Below are positions 41,501-54,458 of a DNA stretch of 64,000 nt, one piece after another. The DNA is from Antedon mediterranea (taxonomy: Eukaryota > Animalia > Echinodermata). A model generated the notes under the pieces. That model saw nothing but the letters and a program-made list of their open reading frames with translations, was not told the DNA's origin and ran no database searches. Location of the stretch: assembly GCF_964355755.1 (NCBI RefSeq), contig NC_092670.1, positions 10,034,201 to 10,098,200 of the forward strand, in the 5' to 3' direction. A program made the translations under genes and the position numbers. Every line of letters begins with the position of its first letter. Position 1 is the first letter of the stretch.

Positions 41501-43901
41501 TACTCGTTTTGGAATCAGTAGCCAGGACCTGAAGAAAAAGGAAATATAAAATAATTAACATAATGACAGTATATAGATATAGAATGCCGCTATTACTGTA
41601 ATTTAATAACTACAGACTATAGTTTTGGAGAGAGAGAGAGAAGAGGAACAGCATTTGACAGTAGTTGAAATAGTGAACTTCCTATTGAGAGTGACCACAC
41701 GATAATGTAGGTGCATCACATTGGCCAATTGGTGTAGATATGCTAGTTTAAAGTCGCATCCAAAGACATTAATTTTGATCATACGTCCACTACACAGTCA
41801 TGCATTATGCCTGCGTAGAAATGTATTCTGATCAAGAATGTATAAATTTATGACTTTTGAGCCCATTATTATTTATAATTTATTTAAACGATATTGATTT
41901 TTGTGCTGATAGTTTCTCATTTATTTATACGCAGATTACACCAATATAGTAGTCTCACCATGACAGTAAATCAAGAACTAAATAAAGTTTCTTTTTTCAA
42001 ATAATTTTTTTCTTTTGGATGATCCAAAATATTTGAATCCAGATGAACCTTTTTACTACTTTTTGCTTAAATCTAATAACGTATCACCCAATATACTTAC
42101 AACAAATGATATCATGTGTAGTAGACAACACATAACAATATTCAAATTATGATTGACAATATTGCTATTTCACAGGTTTCTCATTCAAATTACATGGGGG
42201 CATTCCAAAGTATATTTTTTTGTGACGGACGGAACATTTTTGAGAATATAACTAGCCATATCTTAGAAATAAAAAAGAATACAGGATTCAAGTAAAAAAA
42301 TATGGCCATGAATGTTAATTATGAAAGTCAAACAAATTTATAAGACTGTACAAAAAAAGGTGTATTATTAAAATTGTATACGTCGCATACAATGCGTAAT
42401 TGACATTACGTATTGTAATTTTTCTCCTCATTTAAAAGAAATTTTAAAATTTGTTTTGTATTATGATGTTACCAGATAGTTGTTTTAGATGACTGAATGT
42501 TAATTATAAAATTTTAACTGCAAATTTATTAATAAATATGATTTATATGTTTTTACGGACGGGATTTTTCCTATGTCCACTTTTGTCCAGGTTAAAAAAT
42601 TGTATAATTTTGCTATTGAAAAAACTAGAAAAATAAATTTGTTTACATCAATTTAGTCTTTTATTTACAAATCAAAATATTATTCAACCTTTGAAACACT
42701 GTTAAAGTTTAGGTAAAGTGAAAATATTAAAATTCATAAAATAATATAAAATATTATTTATGAAATTAATTATTCAAAGAGTTATAAAGAGAAGCAATAA
42801 TTGTTAAATGTTATCAAAGTAATTTATTTATTTAAAAAAAGTTATGTTTCGTATAGATAAATCTTCAAGCTGTTAACACATTTAAGGCGAATCTTTAAAA
42901 ATTGACATTGGCATTTGACATCTGAATTTCTTAGTGGATCCAAGTTGAAACTGAAATTTTCTTCTATCTTTTTTTTGTCTTAATAATTTTGCATCTGATT
43001 TATAAAGGTTCACAAAGAATGAAATCTACCAAGTGAAAAAAAAACTTGTTTAAATCTATTGCAATTTAATATCTTTAAGAACAGTTGAAAAGTAAGTTTT
43101 TGAAAATTCAGATTAGGAATCATTATTTCAGTAAACACTAAAATGAGGAAGGAAACCCAACCAAAATTTCTCAGAAGTGACAATTATGAATTTTTAAATA
43201 AAAATTATGTATGAATATGAATATGAAATTAATAAACGAACAATTTTAATAAAATATTTGAATATGAACAAACTCGCCATTTCTTGAAGTGCCCTTTTAA
43301 ACTATACTAGGCTAGTCCTAGGAAAAATCCATACCAGCATTTGTTATTTATCCTTTATGAATTGGTAAAATAAATTGATACTTGACTTTCTTTATATATT
43401 GATAGAAATATTTTTCTATTTTATATATGGATTTAATTTATATTTGGATTTAAGTGATTCCTCATAATATTTTAGTTCATTACTTTTATGTACTAAACAC
43501 CTTCAGGAGCCAACAAAATTCAATAGGCTTTTTCCTCTAAACCATGTTTTGTTGAATATTACGTAAGTTGTTCATTCCATCAGTACACTAAATCAGAAAA
43601 TTTAACTCACCTTTTCGATGTAACAAAACTCGGGCTTTTGAATTATGTTGTTTTCAACTGATGCTTCTTCCAGTATTTGCATACTGATTTGACAAACACG
43701 ATCTTTCTGGTTATAGTTGACCGACAAGCAGTATGATTTGTCGGAACATTCCAGCAAGCAATTTACACGGCTTATATTCTTCAACTCGTAACTCCAACCC
43801 TTAAGAGCCTGCCCCTGGATAACTGTATAGAATGAATTGGTCGAAAGAACGACAATAGGCAGAAGGTTAAGAACGACAACCAAAGTTGCAAACGTATGCA
43901 T
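35587..43901 (-). CDS. Secreted PAN/apple + fibrinogen-related domain protein; exons 43901-43611, 41528-41504, 40716-40580, 38742-38481, 35831-35587; about 319 aa
   Basis: Signal peptide MHTFATLVVVLNLLPIVVLS; PAN pattern CLLEC....CLSVNY......C; FReD motifs SGEYVIQP, VYCDM...[33 protein letters not shown] and GAWWYNRCGDSNLNG. All junctions are GT-AG and in phase. Confidence 0.9.
37349..38272 (+). mobile_element. Non-autonomous Helitron, copy B (internally deleted), in a FReD intron
   Basis: a|TCtatatataaatttacg ... gagcgtaccatCTAG|t. Confidence 0.85.
40964..41490 (-). mobile_element. Helitron/Helentron (DINE-like) non-autonomous element containing a tRNA-like segment (~41107-41175)
   Basis: Subterminal inverted repeats acctccgccaa / ttggcggaggt; terminal hairpin gtactccgagagtac next to CTAG; (CA)-rich tract. 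Confidence 0.7.
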
Positions 43902-44281
43902 TGCAACGTTTTGTAAATACGTATTGACAAAATAAACTGTTTGATGTGCCTTCAAATGCAACTTGTCGTACACCAATATTTGTGGTAATAAGGAACTACT
44001 GTATGTTTTCATCTTCTGATGTGCGTATTATAGATGTTCCATCCAAGTATAATACAATAGAACTTTGTCTGCACCAATCAAAAACGTGTTAGTAATAATA
44101 AGGTGTAATTACATAACAATGTATGAACAAACTTGATGCTTTTTTTCTAATAGCCTATCAAATTGAACCATCAAATGCATGGAGTTATTGTTTTTTAATT
44201 ATTATTATTAAATAAATTAAAGAAATTATCATTAAATCATACACTTAATTAAAGCAAAAGAGGACACTTTTATCAGTTGAC

Positions 44282-44680
44282 ATAGAGTTCTGCGATGCTG
44301 ACGTCACAACAGTAGGTGGCGCTGCATGGTTGCTAGCCAACCATGCAGCGCCACCTACTGTTGTGTTGTGTTGCTAGCCAACCAAAAAATGCATTCAACC
44401 TGCCTGACTTTAAGGTCACCAATGGTTTGGTGTAGGCTTTTTGAAGTAGTCATTTTAAAACTTAATAATTTTCAATAAAACAAACTAAAATTTCAAAATA
44501 TCACTAAACATTTGTTTTTAATAATCTATTTTTTTTCAACTAGAGTTTAAGTCAAGCTAAGATACATAATTTGATAGAAATACAGATCTATACAGTTTAT
44601 CAACATAGTAGCGTTGAACGCATTTTTTGGTTGGCTAGCAACCATGCAGCGCCATCTAACGTCACACTGCAGAACTCTAT
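44282..44680. mobile_element. MITE with an internal 27-bp perfect palindrome stem, about 380 bp upstream of the FReD start codon
   Basis: TIR atagagttctgc / gcagaactctat; ggcgctgcatggttgctagccaacc inverted at both ends. Confidence 0.8.
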
Positions 44681-46634
44681 AGGGTCAAAGTCAAACATTT
44701 AATAAATATACGATAGTATAGGCCCCAATAGTTATCTGAAATAGATGATCATAAAAGTAATCACAATATTTGACCAGTTAATTTTAATGGTATTCTGATA
44801 ATTATGTCTATAGTGCAAAATAAATAATTTATTACATAAATTGCGACAAAAAAACATGACTTTCTCTTCAAATGGTCAAATACAGTATTTGACTGCTATA
44901 AAAACAAGTCAGACATTTTTTTTCAGTAAAAAATTCTTTTATTAATGCAATAATGCACTTTTATATTCTATATGCATAAAACATGTTTAAAAAATAATTT
45001 ATCAACAAAAATGTCTTGCCAGTTGGGTTGCACATATACTAGCAATGGTAGTTAGTAGTTTTTGTTTGGATAAAATAAGGAGCGATACTTTTAGCTTGAG
45101 CGATTCTTAAGTTTCATTTATAAACATCCCAGGGTTTACCATTGTTAATACTGTACATAATTATTTACTTTTTTAAGATGCAAAATTGAATTAACCATGT
45201 AGCCTACTGTAGCTGGATTATAACATCTGATCAATTTTTTTTTTAAATAAATTTTGAACAAATTTAGTGTTTTGGTTCAAGTTTCTCTAGTTATAGCCTA
45301 GGCCTAGTAAGAAATGTATGCTAACCTAGCGTTGCATTGGGTGATTGGAAAAATGATAAAAGGGTGGCTCAAGCTTGCTTCGTAGAAGCGGTGTGCATGA
45401 GGTAGAACTATGAACAAGAATACTGTACTTACCATCTGTTCGATAATCGTTTTTGGAATGCTGTCTTGACCTCTAAGTGACCTGATTCTGTTTTCAGAGT
45501 TCTCAACTTTCTACAATTATTTCCTTAGTTTGGATAAAAAATTCTGTAGTAATTACAAAATAGTTGAATGTAGAATGATATTCAGAAAAACCATCACACT
45601 GTGATTGTGTTTTGACAAATTGTAATCCAGAAATGGAAATCCAGAAAAAGTGCTTTTCGTGGATTGTGGGTCCATCATAATTTTGTGTTTTATTTTGGGT
45701 TTCTCATAATTTTAAGTCATATCATAAATTTGCCTAGTATGTATTTCCATAGTATTTATCTCCATTTCCAACAAACATTACATGGCAGCACTGAAATAAG
45801 TAATTAAATATTCCAATAAAAATTGGCTTGGTAATCATCAGGAATAGTCCTTAACAGGGAGATGAGTGCCTCTGCCCACCGATGAGTTTCGGGATTCCTT
45901 TGACCCGGAGGGAGAGTACTCGTCAGGGTCCCTACCTAGGGTTACAGGTCTCAGATTTTTAGTTCTTTTAATTAATTAGTGTTCCATGACCTTCTCATCA
46001 AAATTAATGTCTCTTATTGTTGTGCTATGTCAACATAATGTCAATGACGGCGAAATGTCACCAATAATGGGGATAGCTATGCAAACAAGTAAGTAACAAG
46101 TAAGTAATATTGAATTATCTCAACTCGAATCTATTTTATTATATTATGGTGATGCTATTAAATGACATAAAATGTAAACATAAAATGGATTATTGTCCTT
46201 TACTGAATTTTCCTCTTTCAATCTTTATAATATTATATAGTATTATATGGTGATGCTATTAAAAAAATTCAAATATATTGTAATGTTTGTCTTCCACTTG
46301 TCTCTATTCTTAGATATTATTATTTAAAACACGTTCTCTGCATGTAAAATAATAGCATCTGCATAATTTAGTATCTTGTTTGAAAATGAAGGTTAACATC
46401 AATTAATTTTCCATATGTTGTTTTCACATAGCTACCACAGTATTACTTAATACACTGCACTCTCCTCACCTGCTGGCTTGATGATAACTTGAGCAAAAAA
46501 AACCAACCACCTGACATGTTTTAACTTCAGATGTTGATTTGTCCAATGGCATTGTCTAGTTAGGAATCAAAAAGTAATATAATACAATGTTGTATATATG
46601 ATCTAGAAAGGGATATACAGTATATATAGCTTTT

Positions 46635-48112
46635 TTAAGTTTTCAAGTTTAGTTTATTGTTTCACACAATACAATACAATACAATACAATATGAACAGAA
46701 ACAAAAATTAATAAATACAATTGTGTGAGGAGGACGCATTAAGCCAAGGCTTTAAGTTTGGTCCTCCAGATAAGTAATATATTTAATTATTTAATTTAAG
46801 TGAGAGAACAAAAAAAAACTTCTTTCTTTCGTCAAATTGACAAATAAAATTAAACAAAAAGGCACAAAAAAGAAAAAAAAAACAGTCTTAAGGCATTTGT
46901 GAATTACTAATGTTCTAAATAGTTTGAAATAAGTGTTTGTTTGTATTTTGTTTTAAATGTATTTATGATGGTTATTGCTTTTAGATTTAGCGGTAAGTTG
47001 TTCCATATATACGGTCCATTGTAAATAAAAGATGTTCTTCTAAGTAATATGGTATGCTTTTCGTATAGATTTTTTGCAGTTGAAGATCTGGTGTTGTAAG
47101 AATGATTACAATTTTGAAAATAGGAGTAAAATTGAGTTGGTAATTTATTATGATTTAGGCGGAACATGAATAAAGCTGTTTGGAGTTTATTTATATCAAA
47201 TATATATAAAGTATTGAGAGAATAAAAAAGTGGTTTAGTATGAGATTTTTGAGGTGCTCCCGAACAGATTCAGAGAGAATTAATTTTTGTGTTATCAGAA
47301 CCTGTCCAGGGGCAGCATCCAGTAAATTTATCTACAGTTGTAGCCCAAGCAACATTGCAGTATGATAAATAGGGTAAAATAAGAGTATTGTACAGGGAAA
47401 ATAAGATGTTTAAAGGAAGTATGTACTTCAATTTACTTAAAGCCCCATTCCCTACGTTTTTTAGATCTAATTTAAGATCACAAACTATATTTAATGTAAA
47501 AATAATACTATATGGTCCTATTGCGATAACTTTTTTCGTCTTTAAACGGTTAAAAATGTGAAAAATAAATCGATTCTAATAATTATAGCGGCCCGCTATA
47601 AATCCCAAAATGCATTGCGCGCGGATTGATAAGTTTTGTTTTTCACCTGTAATTCGCCCACTTTTCGATCGATCGTGAAGCCAAAACAAATGGAAGACTC
47701 CTAACTTTTCAGCGAAAATACTGGGTTTTCCCCAATTTGTATCAACGGAGTCTGGCAAAAATAGAAAGACAATTAATGCAGCAACTATACAACGTCAGGC
47801 TAGGTATATAGCTAGCTTACGATGTTCGTACGTTATCGTTGTTTACCAGCTAGGCCTACAAAACTAAGCCTAAGACCGTCCACGAGAGGTCGATCGCCGC
47901 GAGCTACTTAGGTAGTGCATTGTTTCTCACTTTTTATCATAATTTACCATAAAACGTACATTTAAGACAAGGAATGACATGGTTTAATGTTTTTAAAGTG
48001 ATATATATGTATTATTTTCCAAAAAACGTCCAAAATTGCAGGGAAGGGGTCTTTAAAATTCCAACGTTTCTCAAGATAATTTTAGTTAAATATGTTATGT
48101 GAGGTTTCCAAT
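46635..48112 (-). mobile_element. L2/CR1-group LINE 3' fragment interrupted by a MITE; duplicate fragment at 49155-49765
   Basis: LNWKPHITYL..RNVGIL / KLKYILP..LYNTLILPYLSYCNVAWA.. / HSYNTR..YNGPYIWNNLP; aataaac plus (tgaaaact) tail. Confidence 0.85.
47441..48052. mobile_element. TTAA-target non-autonomous element inserted in the LINE
   Basis: ttaa|agccccattccctac ... gcagggaaggggtct|ttaa; LINE coding sequence resumes on both sides. Confidence 0.75.
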
Positions 48113-49974
48113 TTAGTTCAAGAGTCAAATCAATATTTGACTCTTGAGTGTCTATTTTGTTTTCATTAATTCTAAAAGCCAGCAAAACTTCTTTTATCTT
48201 GTTTAAAAATTTCAATTATTTCTGTTTTTACCTTTAAATGTACTTACTTTAATTGTGTTAATTTGATTTTGATAATTTTAGGTTTAATTTTATATTTTCT
48301 TTTGTCCATTTATATACTGTATTTTGTTTATATTTATGTAGTTAAGAACTGAACCACTTTGGAAATCAGTACATTGTATTGAAAGTGTATTTCAGAATAA
48401 AGAAAGATTAAATAAATAAATTAAAATACAAAATTGAAGAGTCAAGGAATATAGTGTGCAATGTAAAATGAACCTTTGAAGCTAGACTTGCCCCAAGTCT
48501 GTATTTATTGTCTTTTTTTTTTATTTATTTGTTTTTATTTCGACCGCGATTTTTGTCTGAAAATACAGACTTGTGAAACACGTATAGAAATCCATGACCT
48601 TCTCATCAAAATTAATGTCTCTAACAAGTAATATTGAATTATCTCAACTCGAATCTATTTTATTATATTATGGTGATGCTATTAAATGACATAAAATGTA
48701 AACATAAAAAGGATTATTGTCCTTTACTGAATTTTCCTCTTTCAAACTTTATAATATTATATAGTATTATATGGTGATGCTATTAAAATTCAAATATATT
48801 GTAATGTTTGTCTTCCACTTGTCTCTATTCTTAGATATTATTATTTAAAACACGTTCTCTGCATGTAAAATAATAGCATCTGCATAATTTAGTATCTTGT
48901 TTGAAAATGAAGGTTAACATCAATTAATTTTTCATATGTTGTTTTCACATAGCTACCACAGTATTACTTAATACACTGCACTCTCCTCACCTCTGCTGGC
49001 TTGATGATAACTTGAACAAAAAAAAACCAACCACATGTTTTAACTTCAGATGTTGACTTGTCCAATGGCATTGTCTAGTTAGGAATCAAAAAGTAATATA
49101 GTACAATGTTGTATATATGATCTAGAAATGGATATACAGTATATATAGCTTTTTCAAGTTTTCAAGTTTAGTTTATTGTTTCACACAATACAATACAATA
49201 CAATACAATATGAACAGAAACATAAATTAATAATAAATACAATTGTGTGAGGAGGACGCATTAAGCCAAGGCTTTAAGTTTGGTCCTCCAGATAAGTAAT
49301 ATATTTAATTATTTAATTTAAGTGAGAGAACAAAAACAAACTTCTTTCTTTCGTCAAATTGACAAATAAAATTAAACAAAAAGGCACAAAAAAGAAAAAA
49401 AAAACAGTCTTAAGGCATTTGTGAATTACTAATGTTCTAAATAGTTTGAAATAAGTGTTTGTTTGTATTTAAAAAAAAATGTATTTATGATGGTTATTGC
49501 TTTTAGATTGAGCGGTAAGTTGTTCCATATATACGGTCCATTGTAAATAAAAGATGTTCTTCTAAGTAATATGGTATGCTTTTCGTATAGATTTTTTGCA
49601 GTTGAAGATCTGGTGTTGTAAGAATGATTAAAATTTTGAAAATAGGAGTAAAATTGAGTTGGTAATTTATTATGATTTAGGCGGAACATGAATAAAGCTG
49701 TTTGGAGTTTATTTATATCAAATAAGTATTGAGAGAATAAAAAAGTGGTTTAGTATGAGATTTTGGAGGAACTGAACCACTTTGGAAATCAGTACATTGT
49801 ATTGAAAGTGTATTTCAGAATAAAGAAAGATTAAATAAATAAATTAAAATACAAAATTAAAGAGTCAAGGAATATATTGTGCACTGTAACATGAACCTTT
49901 GAAGCATGCAGTCACAAATGAAAAAGAAAACAGAATCTTGTTAATATATTTAAATATACATACTGTTTACTGAG

Positions 49975-50306
49975 TACGGCCATACTGCGTTGAGACACTG
50001 GTTCGAAGTTAAGCAACGTTGGGCCCGGTTGCGTTCTGGATGGGAGACCGTCTAGAAATTGCTGCGGGTGCTGTATATACTGGAGAGTGATGGTGTAATG
50101 GTAATATCGGACTAGCATGTGATAGGCATGGGTTTGAGGTTATCTGTACCATACTAATTGCATCTTTAGGCAAGATGCTTTACTCTCATTGCCTCATCCT
50201 TCGGTAGGCGCTGCACTGCTGGCTGCCGTGGGTCCGTGGAGGGCCTAATCCGAATTTCCTCAGTTTCCAGTTAAGCTTGAGGACAAACCTTTACCTTTAC
50301 CTTTTA
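49975..50306 (+). mobile_element. SINE with a 5S rRNA-derived head followed by a tRNA-like segment, body and (TTACCT)n tail
   Basis: tacggccatac..cgaagttaagcaacgttgggcccggtt..tggatgggagaccg..cgggtgctgta is a degenerate 5S with an internal deletion; then tggtgtaatggt..gggtttgag (A/B boxes). Confidence 0.85.
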
Positions 50307-53300
50307 CTGTTTCTTCATTCTTGTTTTGTTTGTGTATTTAATATTTAAAATTATAGACGTTTATTGTGTTACTGTTTAATATTTTTTAATGTCCCCTAGT
50401 CGCTTATTTGCTATCATATTTTTGTACATTTATGCATTTCATTGTCGTCTGGGGAATTGTCTTCTTTTGTAAAGCTTCAAAAGCATCTTAGTAACAGTTC
50501 CGACTGGAGAACAACGACTTAGTTAAATATTCTTGCAGTCTTCTGTTGTTCAATTTTTGTAATATTTTGATTTGTGGTGAAAAGAATGTTTAAAATCTTT
50601 GTTTACTTTCTTGCGACAATTTTCCAGATGAAATGTAATCAAATTAATTTACCTGTTAATTACGTAAACTTGTTGTTTTTGGCTCAAATTTTTGACCTAA
50701 AGTGAATAACTTTAAGGTTTGAGACGTTTCTAATATAAATTATATTGAGCCATACATCACTTCCAACCCATAACCCCTCAGTGACAGTTTTTTTTAAATA
50801 TAGTTTAAAACAGTTCCAGTAGAGTTTCAGCCATGTTGATAGGCCTACGACCCACCCCAAACTTAAAATTCAATTCAAATTGAGAGCCTACTACCCTTAG
50901 CCCAAGCAAAAATCCCCACTACTCCCTTTACCGCAACTCCCCCCTACCCTCCTGACTTTGTGAATTTTTTAAATGTAGTTTAAAACCTTCACAGTACAAT
51001 TGCAGTCATTTTGATACCCATATGTATGGTTACGTGCAGAAACAGAAATTTGTATAACGAACAGAAAAACACAAAAAGTGGAAAAAAGGTTGGGAATTTT
51101 GACCCATAACTTGTATTCAAGATGGCGGATGATGTTCAATATAGTTTAGAACATTCCGGTACCATTACGGTCATTTTGATACCCCATATGTGTGCAGTAA
51201 CAAAAATGTGTATAACTAACATACAAACATCAAAGTATCAAGCAGATTCATCTATAGTATATATAAATTTACGTAAGGGCAAAATTCGATAAATCTCGGT
51301 TTATTTATAGAATTTTTACTCGATGGTATATAAAGTTGGTTCATACTGTCAGTACTGATTTTAAACATCTGATGTAACCCTGTTTACTAATTAAATTGAG
51401 TTTGGTAATTAGTTATTGATGATTAAAACGAATTTAGGTTCAACGATTGGCCCCAAATAGGGGTGTTTTCCAATCGTGGTATACACTGTCTAATGAATGT
51501 CCATGGAAAAATACCCGAACACAATAATAGGAGGATGCTTCGCATTTTCCTATCTCCTCCTACGATACTTATTTTTAATAGCTAAAAACCGGTTGAACAG
51601 CTCGAGTACAGTATCATAATGTTGAAGACACGCCGATTTTTTAAAAAAAAAATACTATTTTGATAGATTTAATATACATTTATACAACTGTTTTGATCTG
51701 CTATAAATGGAACATTCCAATCTCTGTTCCACAAGCGTCTATTCCCTCAGGCGTCGTAAAGACAAGTACCGTACAGTCATAACAGAAATTCGATCCATTT
51801 TATCCAATCTGTGTGCTGCAGAGGTTGGATATAGGTTTTTTTTTACGGATAATGAGCTAGCCCGTGAGCTACCCTTTCCTCAGTCGCCGTCTATTAAATA
51901 ATCATCTTTATTATTGCAGTTAAACCACCACCCACACCACCACCCTCCCTCTCACTGGCATGAGTAGCGTTGTAAAGCCAGTAGAGGACAGGCCTACAGT
52001 ACAAAGGATCACATGCCTTAAACGCAGAACAACTTTGGTGGTTAGGAACCAACTTAAGTATGAATTGGCTCTAAGAAACAATTGAAAACCATTAGACCTA
52101 CTAATTAAGTTTAGTTAGATAATTATTTATTGACGATTAAAGCAAATTTACGATTTTCCCAGAATATAGAGGTGTTTACTTTATTACTGACAGTTCCTTC
52201 TGAACGTTTATATTAATTAATAATGTAATTACAGTACAAAAAATATAAACGTCGTATTAGTGATGTATCGTTACATGTACTCTACTATTTCAATCGACTA
52301 TACGGTGACAGTTTCAACAAAGTATTAACTAGCAATGTTTTACTGGGTTTAGTCATGGAGGTATAATACCTCCATGGTTTAGTGGTATATTATTTGTAAA
52401 ACATGAAAACAATTAATATTTCGTTACTAAATGGATAAAGAATATATTTAAAAATTGTTCGTCTTTGCACCCATCCTCTTCCCCATCCCTCAACCCTCAT
52501 GTTGCATACAAAACACAAATTCAGTTTGTTTCAAAACAATTGGTCTTATTTTGTGACAAGTTTCTCTTTCGGAAGTAATTCTCAGGGTGCTAATTTTAGT
52601 TGAGTACATAAATCACCGTGTCTATTTATTCGTTCCTGAAAACGACGTGTCCTGCATGCACATTTGAAGTCGCCAGTTTTTTAACGCTGAAATTACTATG
52701 TGTTCGAGAACCATCTGTGGGCACGACCTAGATGGTACCATCTAGTAAGTTAAATTCATACAAAAAGAATTGATCAAAGTTTTGTTTTTTGCTGAAAGTG
52801 ATTTTTTGACGTTAAAAAATTCAAAGTTGAATTTTGTAGTAGTTTATTTGCTCTTTAATGTTTAATACTTTCACTTTACCTTGGAAAATACATTAGCTTT
52901 TATCTTGTGTTTCCTTATGTCACTAATTTCTTAGATCAAATCCAATATAATAAGATATATAATACTGTATGTAGGCCTACATTCATTGTAATTTTTTAAT
53001 TTTTAATCATTTCAAAACAAGATTCAATTTAAAAACTACAGCAAATATCCATTGAAAATACTCCTAAAACTACTAGAATATAATTAATTAGAATATCATT
53101 AATTAAAATATAGAAAATACTGATTTATGATTAGATATCAATTTGATTTTATTATTTAAAAAGCAATAATAATAATGTTACTATTATGTATGTATTAGCA
53201 TAGTTTTAAATAATACAATTAATATTGTTTATATTGTAAAAGAAACAAAGAAGAATTTAAATTATTAAATAATTACAGATTCTGATTTGCTATGGTGGTC

Positions 53301-53545
53301 TTATAACCATCATCACTGTTGTCTTAAAAGATCAAAATAGTGATCTCAGTTGATGCCATTGCAATGAGCTGTACCTGGTGTCAGACAAGCCCATTCAGGT
53401 ATGAATCATGAACATTCTCTTATGGTGCTCTTTCAACCATCATCACTGTTGTCTTAAAAGATCAAAATAGCTATCCCAGTTGATGCCATTGTAATCAGCT
53501 GTACCTAGTGTGAGGCAAAGCCCATTCAGGTCTGAATCATGAACA
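50297..53545 (+). repeat. Older segmental duplicate of 1-290 and 2010-3600 (FReD 3' flank), with a Helitron inserted
   Basis: ttaccttttactgtttcttc = position 1; aaaatctttgttt..gcagatt = 2010-2667; taagttaaattcatac onward = 2670+. A third relative lies at 34150-35050. Confidence 0.9.
51251..52745 (+). mobile_element. Non-autonomous Helitron, copy C, with empty site at 2669/2670
   Basis: gcagattca|TC...CTAG|taagttaaatt versus empty gcagattaa|taagttaaatt: A-T target, no TSD. Confidence 0.92.
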
Positions 53546-53890
53546 TTGATTTGATTTGATTTGATTTATTCAATATCGGCTCATTACAATTACAACAGAA
53601 TACATAAAAAATATAATGAAACAAAAAGCCAGGATTGTCACAAGCGAACCCAATCACTGTTTAAAGACTTTCCTTTAACATAAATAAAATATAATATAAA
53701 TATAAAATAACTGACGAGAAAAAAAAAATTAATAAAAATCTAAGACATGTAAAAAAAAATACAGCAGGGACCAGGTAAAATCAAAAGAAATAGTGTTGGC
53801 GAAGACTAGTCTCGAATTCTCGAAACCTGCCAAGGAGAGTAAGCTCACTTAATTCAGAGGGAAGACCATTCCAAAGTTTACAGAATCTAG
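53546..53890 (-). mobile_element. CR1/L2-like LINE 3' end with (AAATC)n tail
   Basis: Minus-strand RFCKLWNGLPSEL motif; aataaatcaaatcaaatc tail. Confidence 0.6.
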
Positions 53891-54458
53891 GGGCCTGTTT
53901 CTGCTGCAACTGCTCAAAATACGGTATAAAAATACGGTATAAAATACGGTATTTTTTATACCGTATTTTTTATTACCCCGTTTCTGCTAACAATACTTCT
54001 TGGGTGGTCGTGTTAAATTTCATCTTTTTTACCCAAATTGCCATTAATTTATTTGATCGATAATTAAAAGTCGCAATAAAGGAAGTTTTACGTCTCACTT
54101 TCAACAGCCTAGCCCTTGTGATAGAGATGTTGTGAGAGTACAGAAAACATCGTAATGGGGACAATTAATTCGTTCCCTCCCCGAGTTATTGTATTTTGCA
54201 ATGTTGTACTGCTTTCGCAGGCTCTTCAGCTTTGAGTTTACTTGCTTTGGAGACAAGTCTATTCCATACTCCTGCTTTATTTTTTTAGAAATGTCTTTAT
54301 AAATGTGGTTGTCCCTTTTATTACCTTTTAGTTGGCCAGACATTTTAGCTTCCCCACACACATTTATTTAGTAAAACTGTGACGTCTTCGCTCCACATTT
54401 TCGCCGAATATATCTATACACGTGTGTAAAGCAGCTGACAGCGACAGAAAATAAAAAT
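53891..54458 (-). mobile_element. Truncated inverted copy of the Harbinger/Myb element at the duplication breakpoint
   Basis: One TIR gggcctgtttctgctgc; ORF 54101-54361 almost identical to 33084-33344; other end missing. Confidence 0.9.

Larger units (their letters stand above)
45985..49765. repeat. Local direct duplication of about 1.2 kb (45985-47250 vs 48592-49765); 48348-48483 also recurs at 49768-49905
   Basis: ccatgaccttctcatcaaaattaatgtctc... and duplicate ORFs MFRLNHNKLPTQ at 46907 and 49429. Confidence 0.92.

Noticed and set aside
42195-43295. Possible TIR element (gggcattcca / tgaagtgccc)
   Set aside because: Inverted match too short and no convincing TSD
45880-45930. Minus-strand hammerhead ribozyme (CTGACGA...GAAA)
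   Set aside because: Stem II does not close properly and there is no NUH cleavage triplet after stem III
49975-50075. Functional 5S rRNA gene
   Set aside because: Internal deletion, substitutions, no T-run terminator, and fused to a SINE body
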